From the IMG/VR virus record IMGVR_UViG_2974553163_000001: 64,000 bases of DNA. One strand, written 5' to 3'. The notes below the pieces were generated by a model. That model was not told the origin of the DNA, did no database searches, and saw only the letters and a program-made list of their open reading frames with translations. Below, piece after piece: positions 17,567 through 27,120 of this stretch. Both the position numbers and the translations under genes were made by a program. The stretch is from a virus. Within the stretch, counting starts at the first letter, position 1, and every line of letters begins with the position of its first letter.

Positions 17567-18472
17567 ATGGGAACGCTTAATGTAGGAACTGTAAATGCCA
17601 GTACTTTAGATGCTGCAGCAGCTCTAAACTTTCCAACATATAGCACTGGTTCTAGACCTAGTAGTGGAATAGATACAGGTGCTACAATTTATAATAGCAC
17701 TACCGAGAAGTTACAGACATGGAATGGATCTGAATGGATGGATATCGGTGGTGGTTCAGAACCAGATGGATCTTCTTCTGATAAAGCAGCAGCAAGTGCA
17801 GCAGCTATATTACAAGTTAATCCTCAAGCAACAGATGGTGTCTATTGGATTTTACTCCCAAGTGTAGGAGCAAAGCAAGTATATTGTATGATGGATACAA
17901 ACCACTTGGGTGGTGGAGGTTGGATGTTAGCATGGAAATGTACTAGAGGAAGTACATTCCACTATGACACTAGTTACTGGACATCTACTAACACATATAA
18001 TGAAACATCTCAGTTGAATAGAAACGATGGTGATCATAAGAACCACGTATTTAATTACTTTGTTGCAGGAACACTCGGTGCTGTATTTCCAGACTTGAAC
18101 AATGGTGGACAATCATCAGTTGGTTATAATGGTTGGACTTGGAAACAAGGTGGTGTAGGACAGACATGCTTACAAAGATTCCAAAGTAACTATCGGATAT
18201 CAAGTAACCCACGTGGAGAAAGTATGTGGCAGGGATCTGGATTCTCTGGTCAAGGTGGATTCCAATGGTATGGATTTAACTATACTGGATCAAGTAACAA
18301 TGCTATGCGTTGGGGATTTGGTTGGAACAACGAGGGTGGAGAAAGTTCTAATGACGTTTGTAGTGGTATCGGTCATCGTAGAACAGACTCATCTGCAGGA
18401 GATCATATCTACTGCTGTCAATCCACTACTGGTGTAAATAGAAGCTGTCGTGCGGAGATCTGGGTACAATGA
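17567..18472 (+). CDS. Tail-fibre-tip-like protein with fibrinogen C-terminal-like domain
   Basis: GATIYNSTTEKLQTWNGSEW fibre motif followed by DGVYWI...QVYCMMD...GGGWML, the entry signature of fibrinogen-C-like domains. Confidence 0.7.
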   Translation: MGTLNVGTVNASTLDAAAALNFPTYSTGSRPSSGIDTGATIYNSTTEKLQTWNGSEWMDIGGGSEPDGSSSDKAAASAAAILQVNPQATDGVYWILLPSVGAKQVYCMMDTNHLGGGGWMLAWKCTRGSTFHYDTSYWTSTNTYNETSQLNRNDGDHKNHVFNYFVAGTLGAVFPDLNNGGQSSVGYNGWTWKQGGVGQTCLQRFQSNYRISSNPRGESMWQGSGFSGQGGFQWYGFNYTGSSNNAMRWGFGWNNEGGESSNDVCSGIGHRRTDSSAGDHIYCCQSTTGVNRSCRAEIWVQ

Positions 18473-18915
18473 AACTATCTGCTACTGAATATCTACTCAT
18501 CTTACAGATGCGTAATGATAGTTCACTAACTCTGACAACAGCAGAGGAAGACTACATCAAGGGTCTTAGACTAGAGGGTAAAACATCAGAACCTGTATTA
18601 AAAGCAAAGCGAGAGAAGTGGCACACCTATGTTAATTACATTCAAAAAGTAAAAAAAGATGCTATAGCATCTAGTGCAGGAGGAACTTTAATATCTGATG
18701 CAACGTCAGCATATGAAAGTGCAAAGAAATTAAAGCAAGGAATAATTGATCTAGCAACATATCAAAGTGAGATTGCAGCATTGAATCTTTCTGATACAGA
18801 TACTAGTCATTTAAAGTATATGACAACCACTCTTGCTGCTCAATATCAATTATCAATAGCAAGTGAAGATACGGTTTTAACCCTAAATGGAGAAGTATTG
18901 CCAGATTTAGAGTAA
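18469..18915 (+). CDS. Hypothetical protein
   Basis: 148-aa ORF with ATGA overlap to the upstream gene. Confidence 0.65.
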   Translation: MKLSATEYLLILQMRNDSSLTLTTAEEDYIKGLRLEGKTSEPVLKAKREKWHTYVNYIQKVKKDAIASSAGGTLISDATSAYESAKKLKQGIIDLATYQSEIAALNLSDTDTSHLKYMTTTLAAQYQLSIASEDTVLTLNGEVLPDLE

Positions 18916-18925
18916 CTGTGCTATA

Positions 18926-18932
18926 CTAAATA
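18926..18932 (+). promoter_or_regulatory. Late promoter variant CTAAATA
   Basis: CTAAATA about 22 nt upstream of ATG 18954. Confidence 0.55.
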
Positions 18933-18953
18933 ATATACTTATGATTATAAAGC

Positions 18954-19142
18954 ATGGACATTGAAGGAATGGTCAAGGAATTTACTGACCAACTGAAAGA
19001 TCAAAAAGCAACAATCGTCGAACTGGAAAAACAACTTAGCACTCGTAAAGAACAAGTGTTGAGATTGGAAGGTGCAATAGAAGCACTTAATATGACACTT
19101 AAGAAACCAGAAGAAACAGATGGCACTGAAGAAGTCAAGTGA
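18954..19142 (+). CDS. Small coiled-coil hypothetical protein
   Basis: 62 aa with heptad pattern, behind a late promoter. Confidence 0.65.
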   Translation: MDIEGMVKEFTDQLKDQKATIVELEKQLSTRKEQVLRLEGAIEALNMTLKKPEETDGTEEVK

Positions 19143-19455
19143 GCAAAGACAACAAGAACATGTAAATTCTAGGCAGTTCCATATTAAATTTGATGGAACT
19201 GCAGAGACATGCCCTTATAAAACAGGAGGTCTATACGATGGTAGAGAGATTGTAGCAGTAGGATTCTCCTCAAATTTGTATGGGCACTCATACCATTTGA
19301 TAGTAGAAAGAGATAAGACACATCTAAGAACTAAGTTTGTGTTTGATGAAAAACACGACATAAAATTTTGCAAACCTGTAGAAAGAATGGGAAAACAGGT
19401 AAGCGAAGGAGAGATTCAGAAACTATTAGCAAAGGCGGGCGACGGAACTTCATAA
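19120..19455 (+). CDS. Hypothetical protein
   Basis: 111-aa ORF overlapping the previous gene, with phage-like codon usage. Confidence 0.6.
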   Translation: MALKKSSEQRQQEHVNSRQFHIKFDGTAETCPYKTGGLYDGREIVAVGFSSNLYGHSYHLIVERDKTHLRTKFVFDEKHDIKFCKPVERMGKQVSEGEIQKLLAKAGDGTS

Positions 19456-19458
19456 ATA
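19452..19458 (+). promoter_or_regulatory. Late promoter ATAAATA
   Basis: cATAAATA about 28 nt upstream of ATG 19486. Confidence 0.55.
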
Positions 19459-19485
19459 TATCTGAAGGACTTATTGTACCACAGA

Positions 19486-22400
19486 ATGAAGAAGGTAATA
19501 GTAAGGATCAACGATAACTATAGCATAGATCAAGCTTGTGCAGGGATCTTGAGTTTATATGGTTACTTATCCTTTGTAGAATCATTTAGATCATTTCAAA
19601 TAGTTACTTTCGATTGCCCTGCAATATATGAAAGCAATTTATTAACAAAATTAAAAGCATTAAATGTAGTTAAGAATGCTACATGGGATGCTCAGGTTTA
19701 TGCAGGAGATCCAATGCCAGGAGAGGCAACTCTTAATGTCGATACTTCTGGATCTGCTTCTCTCAATACTGATGGTGAAACAACAGCAACAAGTAATACT
19801 AGAAGTTTAACAACAAGTGGTTCTGGTACAATGTATGTCAAGGTACAGAACATAGGTGGTAATGACTTCTTCACATTCTCACAAACTTCTGGCGGTACAT
19901 ATAGCAGATTTTATAATCAATCGGGTTTCATGCAAGGTGGAACTTATACGTTTGATCAGAGTGATTCATCTAATAACGGACATCCATTTAGATTTTCAGC
20001 AACACAAGATGGAACTCACACTGTAGGAGGTACAGGAGAATTAACAGCAGGAGTAAGCGTTACAGGAACGCCAGGTACAAATGGAACAACAGTCTTAACT
20101 GTTAGTTCATCTACACCATCTATCCTATACTATTATTGTGCAACTCATCCTGGTATGGGACGATACACTGCAACACCAGACAGATATGGAACTGTTAATA
20201 TTTTTGACTACTGGCACTTAGATAGAATTACAAAGCAAGACAGGCAATATTTAAACGGACAATTTAGTCAAACATCAAATGGATCAGGAGACGGTGTAGA
20301 TATTTACATCATAGACTCTGGTGTTCGTGGTGCGTCTAGACCTACAGGTAACAACGCAGCACTACATCCTGATCTTTATGACCCAGACTTTGTTACTGAC
20401 CTTAACGGTTCTGCAGAACAACAGAACTATAGAGTATTTCAGTTGGGTCATTATAGTGGTGCTTATGGAACTAATAATGAAGATGATCAAGGACACGGAA
20501 CTAAGTGTGCTCTTTTATCAGCTGGAAGGACAGCTGGAATAGCAAGACAGGCAAAAATATATTCATTAAAGGCATTTGATAGTAATGTAAGTGGTTCTTA
20601 TAGTGGAATACTAGCAGCATATCAAGCAGTCATAGATCACAATGACAGCGGTAATGCTAATTACAAGGGCAATAATCGTCCTGCTGTTATCAACGCATCG
20701 TTCGGACCTACAATTCCTACACAGAACTCACCTAACATAGAACTTAATGATAGTGGAGATGATACTGGAACTGATGAAGAGATGTTAGATGACATCGAAG
20801 GAACTATAGCAACAGCTGATAAAATAATTATTGTTAGATCTGCGGGTAATGGATTTAGGAATAGTAGTGATGTAACTGCAGGACCTTTGCAAACTAAGTG
20901 TGTAGCGGGTGCAAGAACAGCAGGATATCCTGATAACAGTAATGGTGGTATCAATAATATAGATACAAACCAAGACAAAATTACAGTTGGTGCTACATCA
21001 TACAATGACAGATGGGCATTCTTCTCTAACTATGGATCAGGTTGCACTACAGTGGCACCAGGTGAAAAAGTTATTACTCCTGCATATGACTGGACTGCTA
21101 ATACACCATATACAAGCACAACAAACTATGATTGTATAGATGGCACATCATTCTCAGGACCTATCGTTGCGGGCATCATAGCATCATGGTGTGGTAAGAA
21201 TGGATATACTTTAACTACAAACAACCTAACAGGTTTAGCAAAACAATTCATTAGAACTACGGGATCAGCTGGTGATATTAGAACTGGTACTCACGCTAAC
21301 TATCCGATCAACAGCATAATAGATAAGAAACTTATAGACAATCCATATGTCACTTTTGCGGGAAGCGACTTTGTAGAAGTTAAGTTCAATCCAGCTGATG
21401 CTTCACATTTCTTAAATAACGTGGGTAAAAAAGTTCAATTAAGAACTACAGGATCTACAGCAGGAGCAGGAAGTTCTACACCTACAAACTTTACATTAAC
21501 TACAACATCACCTGGCTTCTTTTATAATGTCTCTGGTACAGATAGGAATGGTAGTGTTTCTGGAACTCACCCAACTGTTACATGTTATGTTGGAGATACA
21601 GTAACTTTCCAATTATCAAACGTTGCAAGTAACCATCCACTGTATATTAGAGATTCATCTGGTTCAAGTAATGTAACAACTCCAACCGCTACTGGTCAAG
21701 GTTCTACAGGTAATGGTACAGTCGCTTGGACACCAAATACAACTGGAACATATTCTTATATTTGTGGCATACACAGCAGTATGAAAGGAACTATCACAGT
21801 GCAGTCTGCACCTGGCGGTAGTGGAAGTGTTGTGGTTGGTGGTATAAATTTATCAACACTATCACAATCTGGTTGGTTAAACATAGCATCAGAGAGTGCA
21901 GTTAATAATAGTATTACTATACAAGCACCAAATAATGCTACAGCTGGTACAACAGGTGGTGGAACAAATAATTATTTGGCACTGATTAACTCAGAAGGAA
22001 AAACACATGAGAGTTATGATGGTGTAGTATCTACATCAACATCTTTGACATCTTCTACTGATGTACAGGAAGGACTTGGGCAAAGTTCTGCTGTTACATA
22101 TTATCCTGTAGATAGTGGTGTTGATTTCAACTACAATGGTAGTGGTGCAAGTCTTACTACACAAAGAGGTGCATTCTATCCGTTTGTCGATACTAATGTA
22201 ACTTGGCAAACTTCATCTGGAACTTTCATGGGAAGTCCATATACTAATGGTGCTAGTGTTAGTTTAGATCTAGGTTTGCAAGGAACTACCTTTGCCAACG
22301 AACCAACCTTTGAAGCATACACTCTAAGTGGGGATTCCATCGGTGCTACTGGTTTAACCTTTGATACAGCAACAGGTTCTTTATCTGGAACGGTAACATC

Positions 22401-24969
22401 AAATTATCAAGACACAACTTATAATTTTACAGTAACTGAAAACGTAACAGGTAATGCACAGTCATATGGATTTACTACAACTGGAACTGGTGTTCTAGTT
22501 ACGGTCACACAACAACCAAGTTCAGCAAGTTTAGAAGCAGGGTCTGGTAATACAACTACGTTTGGACCTGTAGCAGGTATTAGTGATGATGGATCAACAA
22601 TTTTATTCCAATGGGAGTTCTCAGTTAATGGTGGAGTAGGTTGGGCAACAGTATCTAATGGTGGTGGATATAGTGGAGCAACTACTAATACACTAACTGT
22701 AGATGATGACTTTGCTAAAAACAACTTCCAGTATCGTTGTAAGTTAGAGACTAGCACATCAGTTCAACCATCATATACTAACGCAGTTACATTAACAGTA
22801 TTCAGAACAATAACTGTCAATACACAACCAGTAAATTCTACACCGATTGCTCCTGCTGCAGGATCATTTACAACTAGTGGTACAACTTTAGATGCTGCTA
22901 CTATAAGTTATCAATGGCAAAAGTCTGAGAACGGTGATGGTTCAAACTGGGCTGATCTAAGTGGTGCTACTACTACAACATATACAACTGGTTCTACAAC
23001 TTACGATGACAGTTACGGTGACTTCTACCGATGCAAACTAAATGCAATAGGTGCAAGTGAGGTTATCACATCTTCTGCAAGACTGTTTGTACAAAGAACA
23101 ATTAATATTACATCTCAACCAGTTAATATAACTGGTGCAGTAGGTGGTACATCATCATTTGGTGTCGCTGCAACTACATCTGATAATGATGCAGGAGACA
23201 TTACATTCCAGTGGCAAGTATCTATTACAAATGGATCTACATGGTCTGATGTATCCGAAGGAACTGGTGGTACTACATCAACATATACAACACCTACATT
23301 GACCGCAGCATACGACACATATCAGTATCGTTGTTTACTTTCATGTGCGGGTGCTACAACAACACCATCTAACGCTGCAACATTACAAGTAGAAACAGTC
23401 ACAGTAGTTGTATCATCTCAACCATCTGCTGCCAATGTAAATGAAGGACAGACTGCAACATTCACTTGTTTAGGTGGAGTGACAATGGCACCTATTGGTG
23501 GTAACGCTGCATCATCTTCATTCGAGGTAGATCAGTTTGATACTCCTAGTGGTGGTGGTGGCGGTGAAGCAGGAGGTTTCTCATCACACGAACCTAGTGT
23601 TACATACCAGTGGGAAAGATCGGATAATAATGGAGCAGTCTGGAATACAGTGGCTGGTGCAACCTCTGCGTCATATACAACAGGACTTACAACATATGCA
23701 GATGATCATAATGACCAATATCGTTGTGTGATTTCTGCTGTTGGTGCAGCTGCTGATGCAACTACAAACGCAGTGGCACTAGGAGTTTATAGAACATTTT
23801 CTATTACTGCACAGCCTTCAAACGCAACTGCAAATGAAGGTGCAACTGCCACATTCGCAGTTACTACAAGTTCAAGCAGTGGAACGGTAACATACCAGTG
23901 GGAGAGATCTGACGATGGTGGAGCAAACTATGCAAGTGTAGGTGGAGCAACCAGTGCATCATACACAACACCAACTCTAGTATTTGCTGATGACAATGCA
24001 GATCGTTACAGAGCAGTTGCTTCTCTTGTAGGTGCTCAAGCAAATATTACATCTTCTCATGGAGAACTAACAGTTCTACGTGTTATATCAATTAGTTCGC
24101 AACCAACATCTACTGCTGTTATTGAAGGACAGACTGCTACCTTTGCTGTTGCTGCTACTATAACAAGTGGTTCTATATCTTATCAATGGCAGATATCAAC
24201 AAATGGAGGAGGATCTTGGGTTGCAATTAATGGTGCAAACTCATCAACATATACTACTCCTGCCACAACTTATCCTACATCACCATCAGAACAATTCCGT
24301 TGCGTATTAACAAATGCTAATGCAACTACATTAACATCTAGTGCAGCAACGCTGACTGTTAATGAATCAGAATTTGTATCAGGTCCTGCAACTGTAACTC
24401 CAGTAATTGACCCAGATACTACTAGAACATTCTCTAGACAACCTGTTATTAACACAACACCATTCATTGTTGAGTATGCAGGATCTACACACTTCTCTAG
24501 TTTCTGGAGAATTAGAAGAGTCGTAGATAACGTGACAGTGTATGATACATCTCAAACATTTACTAATGGTGATACTGGTAACTTAACATCACTGACTGTT
24601 CCTGTATCAACTCTTGCATTTGATACTGCATATGCAGTTCAAGTTAAGTTTAGAGACAATGCAGGATTGGAGAGTGCATACTCTGCTGCTGTTAATTTTA
24701 CAACTCCTTTAGTTGATCAACCAGAGATACAAACTATTACTCCTGCATTCAACCCAACAATTAATGTTGATGCTATTGCAATGAAAGCAGGATATCAACA
24801 TACGTCTAGTGATTGGCAGTTCTCTCCTGCAAATACATTTGCAAGTATTGTACATCAATCTCTTGGTAACTCAACAAACCTAAGTTCTTACACATTGCCT
24901 GGTGCAGTAAACTTAAGTGCAAATACTACATACTATGTAAGAATTAGATTCAATATCAATCCTACTTAA
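19486..24969 (+). CDS. Virion-associated subtilisin-like (S8) peptidase with two cupredoxin-like domains and Ig-like repeats
   Basis: Catalytic motifs IIDSG, GHGT and GTSFSGP, with oxyanion SAGN. Two H...CxxHxxM sites. About six QP...ATF...YQW...YRC Ig-type repeats. ATG 19486 is preferred over TTG 19474. Confidence 0.8.
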   Translation: MKKVIVRINDNYSIDQACAGILSLYGYLSFVESFRSFQIVTFDCPAIYESNLLTKLKALNVVKNATWDAQVYAGDPMPGEATLNVDTSGSASLNTDGETTATSNTRSLTTSGSGTMYVKVQNIGGNDFFTFSQTSGGTYSRFYNQSGFMQGGTYTFDQSDSSNNGHPFRFSATQDGTHTVGGTGELTAGVSVTGTPGTNGTTVLTVSSSTPSILYYYCATHPGMGRYTATPDRYGTVNIFDYWHLDRITKQDRQYLNGQFSQTSNGSGDGVDIYIIDSGVRGASRPTGNNAALHPDLYDPDFVTDLNGSAEQQNYRVFQLGHYSGAYGTNNEDDQGHGTKCALLSAGRTAGIARQAKIYSLKAFDSNVSGSYSGILAAYQAVIDHNDSGNANYKGNNRPAVINASFGPTIPTQNSPNIELNDSGDDTGTDEEMLDDIEGTIATADKIIIVRSAGNGFRNSSDVTAGPLQTKCVAGARTAGYPDNSNGGINNIDTNQDKITVGATSYNDRWAFFSNYGSGCTTVAPGEKVITPAYDWTANTPYTSTTNYDCIDGTSFSGPIVAGIIASWCGKNGYTLTTNNLTGLAKQFIRTTGSAGDIRTGTHANYPINSIIDKKLIDNPYVTFAGSDFVEVKFNPADASHFLNNVGKKVQLRTTGSTAGAGSSTPTNFTLTTTSPGFFYNVSGTDRNGSVSGTHPTVTCYVGDTVTFQLSNVASNHPLYIRDSSGSSNVTTPTATGQGSTGNGTVAWTPNTTGTYSYICGIHSSMKGTITVQSAPGGSGSVVVGGINLSTLSQSGWLNIASESAVNNSITIQAPNNATAGTTGGGTNNYLALINSEGKTHESYDGVVSTSTSLTSSTDVQEGLGQSSAVTYYPVDSGVDFNYNGSGASLTTQRGAFYPFVDTNVTWQTSSGTFMGSPYTNGASVSLDLGLQGTTFANEPTFEAYTLSGDSIGATGLTFDTATGSLSGTVTSNYQDTTYNFTVTENVTGNAQSYGFTTTGTGVLVTVTQQPSSASLEAGSGNTTTFGPVAGISDDGSTILFQWEFSVNGGVGWATVSNGGGYSGATTNTLTVDDDFAKNNFQYRCKLETSTSVQPSYTNAVTLTVFRTITVNTQPVNSTPIAPAAGSFTTSGTTLDAATISYQWQKSENGDGSNWADLSGATTTTYTTGSTTYDDSYGDFYRCKLNAIGASEVITSSARLFVQRTINITSQPVNITGAVGGTSSFGVAATTSDNDAGDITFQWQVSITNGSTWSDVSEGTGGTTSTYTTPTLTAAYDTYQYRCLLSCAGATTTPSNAATLQVETVTVVVSSQPSAANVNEGQTATFTCLGGVTMAPIGGNAASSSFEVDQFDTPSGGGGGEAGGFSSHEPSVTYQWERSDNNGAVWNTVAGATSASYTTGLTTYADDHNDQYRCVISAVGAAADATTNAVALGVYRTFSITAQPSNATANEGATATFAVTTSSSSGTVTYQWERSDDGGANYASVGGATSASYTTPTLVFADDNADRYRAVASLVGAQANITSSHGELTVLRVISISSQPTSTAVIEGQTATFAVAATITSGSISYQWQISTNGGGSWVAINGANSSTYTTPATTYPTSPSEQFRCVLTNANATTLTSSAATLTVNESEFVSGPATVTPVIDPDTTRTFSRQPVINTTPFIVEYAGSTHFSSFWRIRRVVDNVTVYDTSQTFTNGDTGNLTSLTVPVSTLAFDTAYAVQVKFRDNAGLESAYSAAVNFTTPLVDQPEIQTITPAFNPTINVDAIAMKAGYQHTSSDWQFSPANTFASIVHQSLGNSTNLSSYTLPGAVNLSANTTYYVRIRFNINPT
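22500..24360 (+). repeat. Tandem immunoglobulin-like domain repeats
   Basis: Recurring I(T/S)xQP...T(A)TF...YQW...S...G..W...GAT..TYTT...YRC units in the S8 protein. Confidence 0.75.
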
Positions 24970-24970
24970 A

Positions 24971-25786
24971 ATGGCTTCACCCAATAGCAGACAAGGACTT
25001 ATCGACTACGCATTGCGTCAGAACGGTGCTCCAGTCTTAGAAATAAACATAGAAGATGATCAGATAAGTGATCTAGTAGATGATGCTGTCCAGTTTTATA
25101 ACGAGAGACATATGGATGGATATATCAGAACTCATCTAAAAGTTCAGTACAGTCAGTTAATGTTAGATGCTATGACAACAGACACTGATACTACTGTTGC
25201 ATCAGGTACATCTAATAATCAAACTCTTACATTTAAAGAACAGAACAACTATATCAAAATGCCACCATACGTAACCACTGTGGTCAAGGTATTTGATTTT
25301 GTATCTAAGAATGTCACAAACTTATTTGACGTTAGGTATCAGTGGAGATTGAATGACCTCTGGGATCTTACACAGACAGAGATACTTACATATGAAATGG
25401 TTAATAGAAGATTAGAAGATATCTACTATCTGTTAGAAGGACAGAAACAGATTAGATATCAAATGCGTGGTGACAGACTATATCTTGATTTAGATTTTAA
25501 AACTGACGTTCCCGAAGATCAGTTCTTAGTTCTAGAATGTTATCGTGCAGTTGATCCTACACAATTTACAGATGTATATAATGACATTTGGTTAAAGAGA
25601 TATGTATCTGCATTAATACAAAGACAGTGGGGTGCTAACTTAATCAAGTTCCAAGGAGCACAGTTGCCAGGTGGAATTACAATGAATGGTGAGTTTATAT
25701 ACAACGAAGGTAAAGAGAAAGTAGCAAAGTTAGAAGAAGAGATGTTATCACAGTATGAGACACCACCACTAGACATGATTGGATAA
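24971..25786 (+). CDS. g13: Neck protein gp13
   Basis: SRQGLIDYALRQNGAPVLEINI and QWGANLIKF...LPGGITMNG motifs; position before g14. Confidence 0.92.
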   Translation: MASPNSRQGLIDYALRQNGAPVLEINIEDDQISDLVDDAVQFYNERHMDGYIRTHLKVQYSQLMLDAMTTDTDTTVASGTSNNQTLTFKEQNNYIKMPPYVTTVVKVFDFVSKNVTNLFDVRYQWRLNDLWDLTQTEILTYEMVNRRLEDIYYLLEGQKQIRYQMRGDRLYLDLDFKTDVPEDQFLVLECYRAVDPTQFTDVYNDIWLKRYVSALIQRQWGANLIKFQGAQLPGGITMNGEFIYNEGKEKVAKLEEEMLSQYETPPLDMIG

Positions 25787-27114
25787 TGGCAAGAACCACT
25801 TACTTCACACATGGCACTAGGAACGAACAGTTTCTATTGCAAAACTTAGTAGAAGAACATCTCAAAATGTTTGGGATGGATGTTCTATACTGCCCTAGAG
25901 AAATTATGCTCAAGGATGGTGTGTTCAATGAGGAAGTAATTGGTGAGTTTAATGATGCATATATTATAGAAGCATACATGGAAAACTTTGATGGTTTCCA
26001 AGGTGGTGGAGATCTATTAACAAAGTTTGGTGTAGCACAGACTGATGAAATAACTATGGTTATATCTCAGCAAAGATTCTCGGATCTTATATCACAATTC
26101 CTTCTACTTGATAAAGATTATCAAGTTGCAGAAAGACCACAAGAAGGAGATCTGATATACCTTCCACTAACAAGTAATTACTTTGAGATAAAATTTGTAG
26201 AGCATGAAGAACCTTTCTACCAGTTAGGTAAGGGTTATGTTTATAAACTAAAAGCTGAACTATTCGAGTACAGTGACGAGCAAGGAGATCTATTTGATAG
26301 TGATGAGGAACTAGTTGATTACGGTTACACTGTTAAACATTACTATCTTACATCTGCAGGAACCAATGCAACTGGAACTCCTGTAGTATCTAATGGTGCA
26401 CTTACAAATATATTCATCAGTGACAATGGCAGCAAATATAATGAGACACCTTTGATTACAATTAGTGGTGATGGTACAGGTGCAACTGCAGAAGCATTCA
26501 TGGTTAATATAACTATTAGCAGTGGATCACCAACATCATCTGCTGTTATCAGAGCAGTTGTAAAAGAAGGTCAGATAAGATCTATTAACATAGTTGATGG
26601 TGGATCTGGATATGATGAAGATAGAGCAACCTTAAATGTATCAGCACCTGATAGTGGTGGTATAGCAGCAACATTAGTTCCTACTTTTACCAACGGAACA
26701 TTGACTGCAATCAATATATTAAGTGGTGGATCAGGTTATAAGAGTGTAAGACTTATAGATATTACTAACGCGGGTAGTGGATATACATCTGCAACTGCTG
26801 CGTTTACTGCTGCTCCTGCAGGAATCACAGGTGCCTTTACAGTTCCAGAAACTGTCACAGGTGCTACAACTGGTGCAACTGCAAACCTAGTTGAGTGGGA
26901 TGCACAAGAAGGATGGATCAAACTTAAGACACCAACTGGTACATTTGCTATAGGTGAATTAATTATAGGATCAGAGTCTGGAGCACAGATAGTTCTCGAT
27001 AGTAGGAATGAGCAAGCAACTGCTGATCCTAAATATTCAGAGAGCGTAACCTTTGAGAGTTTCGGTGACGACATCATTGACTTCAGTGAAGGCAACCCAT
27101 TTGGATTGGTTTAA
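25786..27114 (+). CDS. g14: Neck protein gp14 with an inserted G/S/T-rich domain
   Basis: EHLKMFGMDVLYCPR, RPQEGDLIYLPL and EIKFVEHEEPFYQLG motifs. Central NGGSGY-type insertion. Confidence 0.92.
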   Translation: MARTTYFTHGTRNEQFLLQNLVEEHLKMFGMDVLYCPREIMLKDGVFNEEVIGEFNDAYIIEAYMENFDGFQGGGDLLTKFGVAQTDEITMVISQQRFSDLISQFLLLDKDYQVAERPQEGDLIYLPLTSNYFEIKFVEHEEPFYQLGKGYVYKLKAELFEYSDEQGDLFDSDEELVDYGYTVKHYYLTSAGTNATGTPVVSNGALTNIFISDNGSKYNETPLITISGDGTGATAEAFMVNITISSGSPTSSAVIRAVVKEGQIRSINIVDGGSGYDEDRATLNVSAPDSGGIAATLVPTFTNGTLTAINILSGGSGYKSVRLIDITNAGSGYTSATAAFTAAPAGITGAFTVPETVTGATTGATANLVEWDAQEGWIKLKTPTGTFAIGELIIGSESGAQIVLDSRNEQATADPKYSESVTFESFGDDIIDFSEGNPFGLV

Positions 27115-27120
27115 AAAATT

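Noticed and set aside
1074-18472. Diversity-generating retroelement acting on the fibre tips
   Set aside because: No reverse transcriptase and no near-identical template/variable repeat pair was seen in the window.
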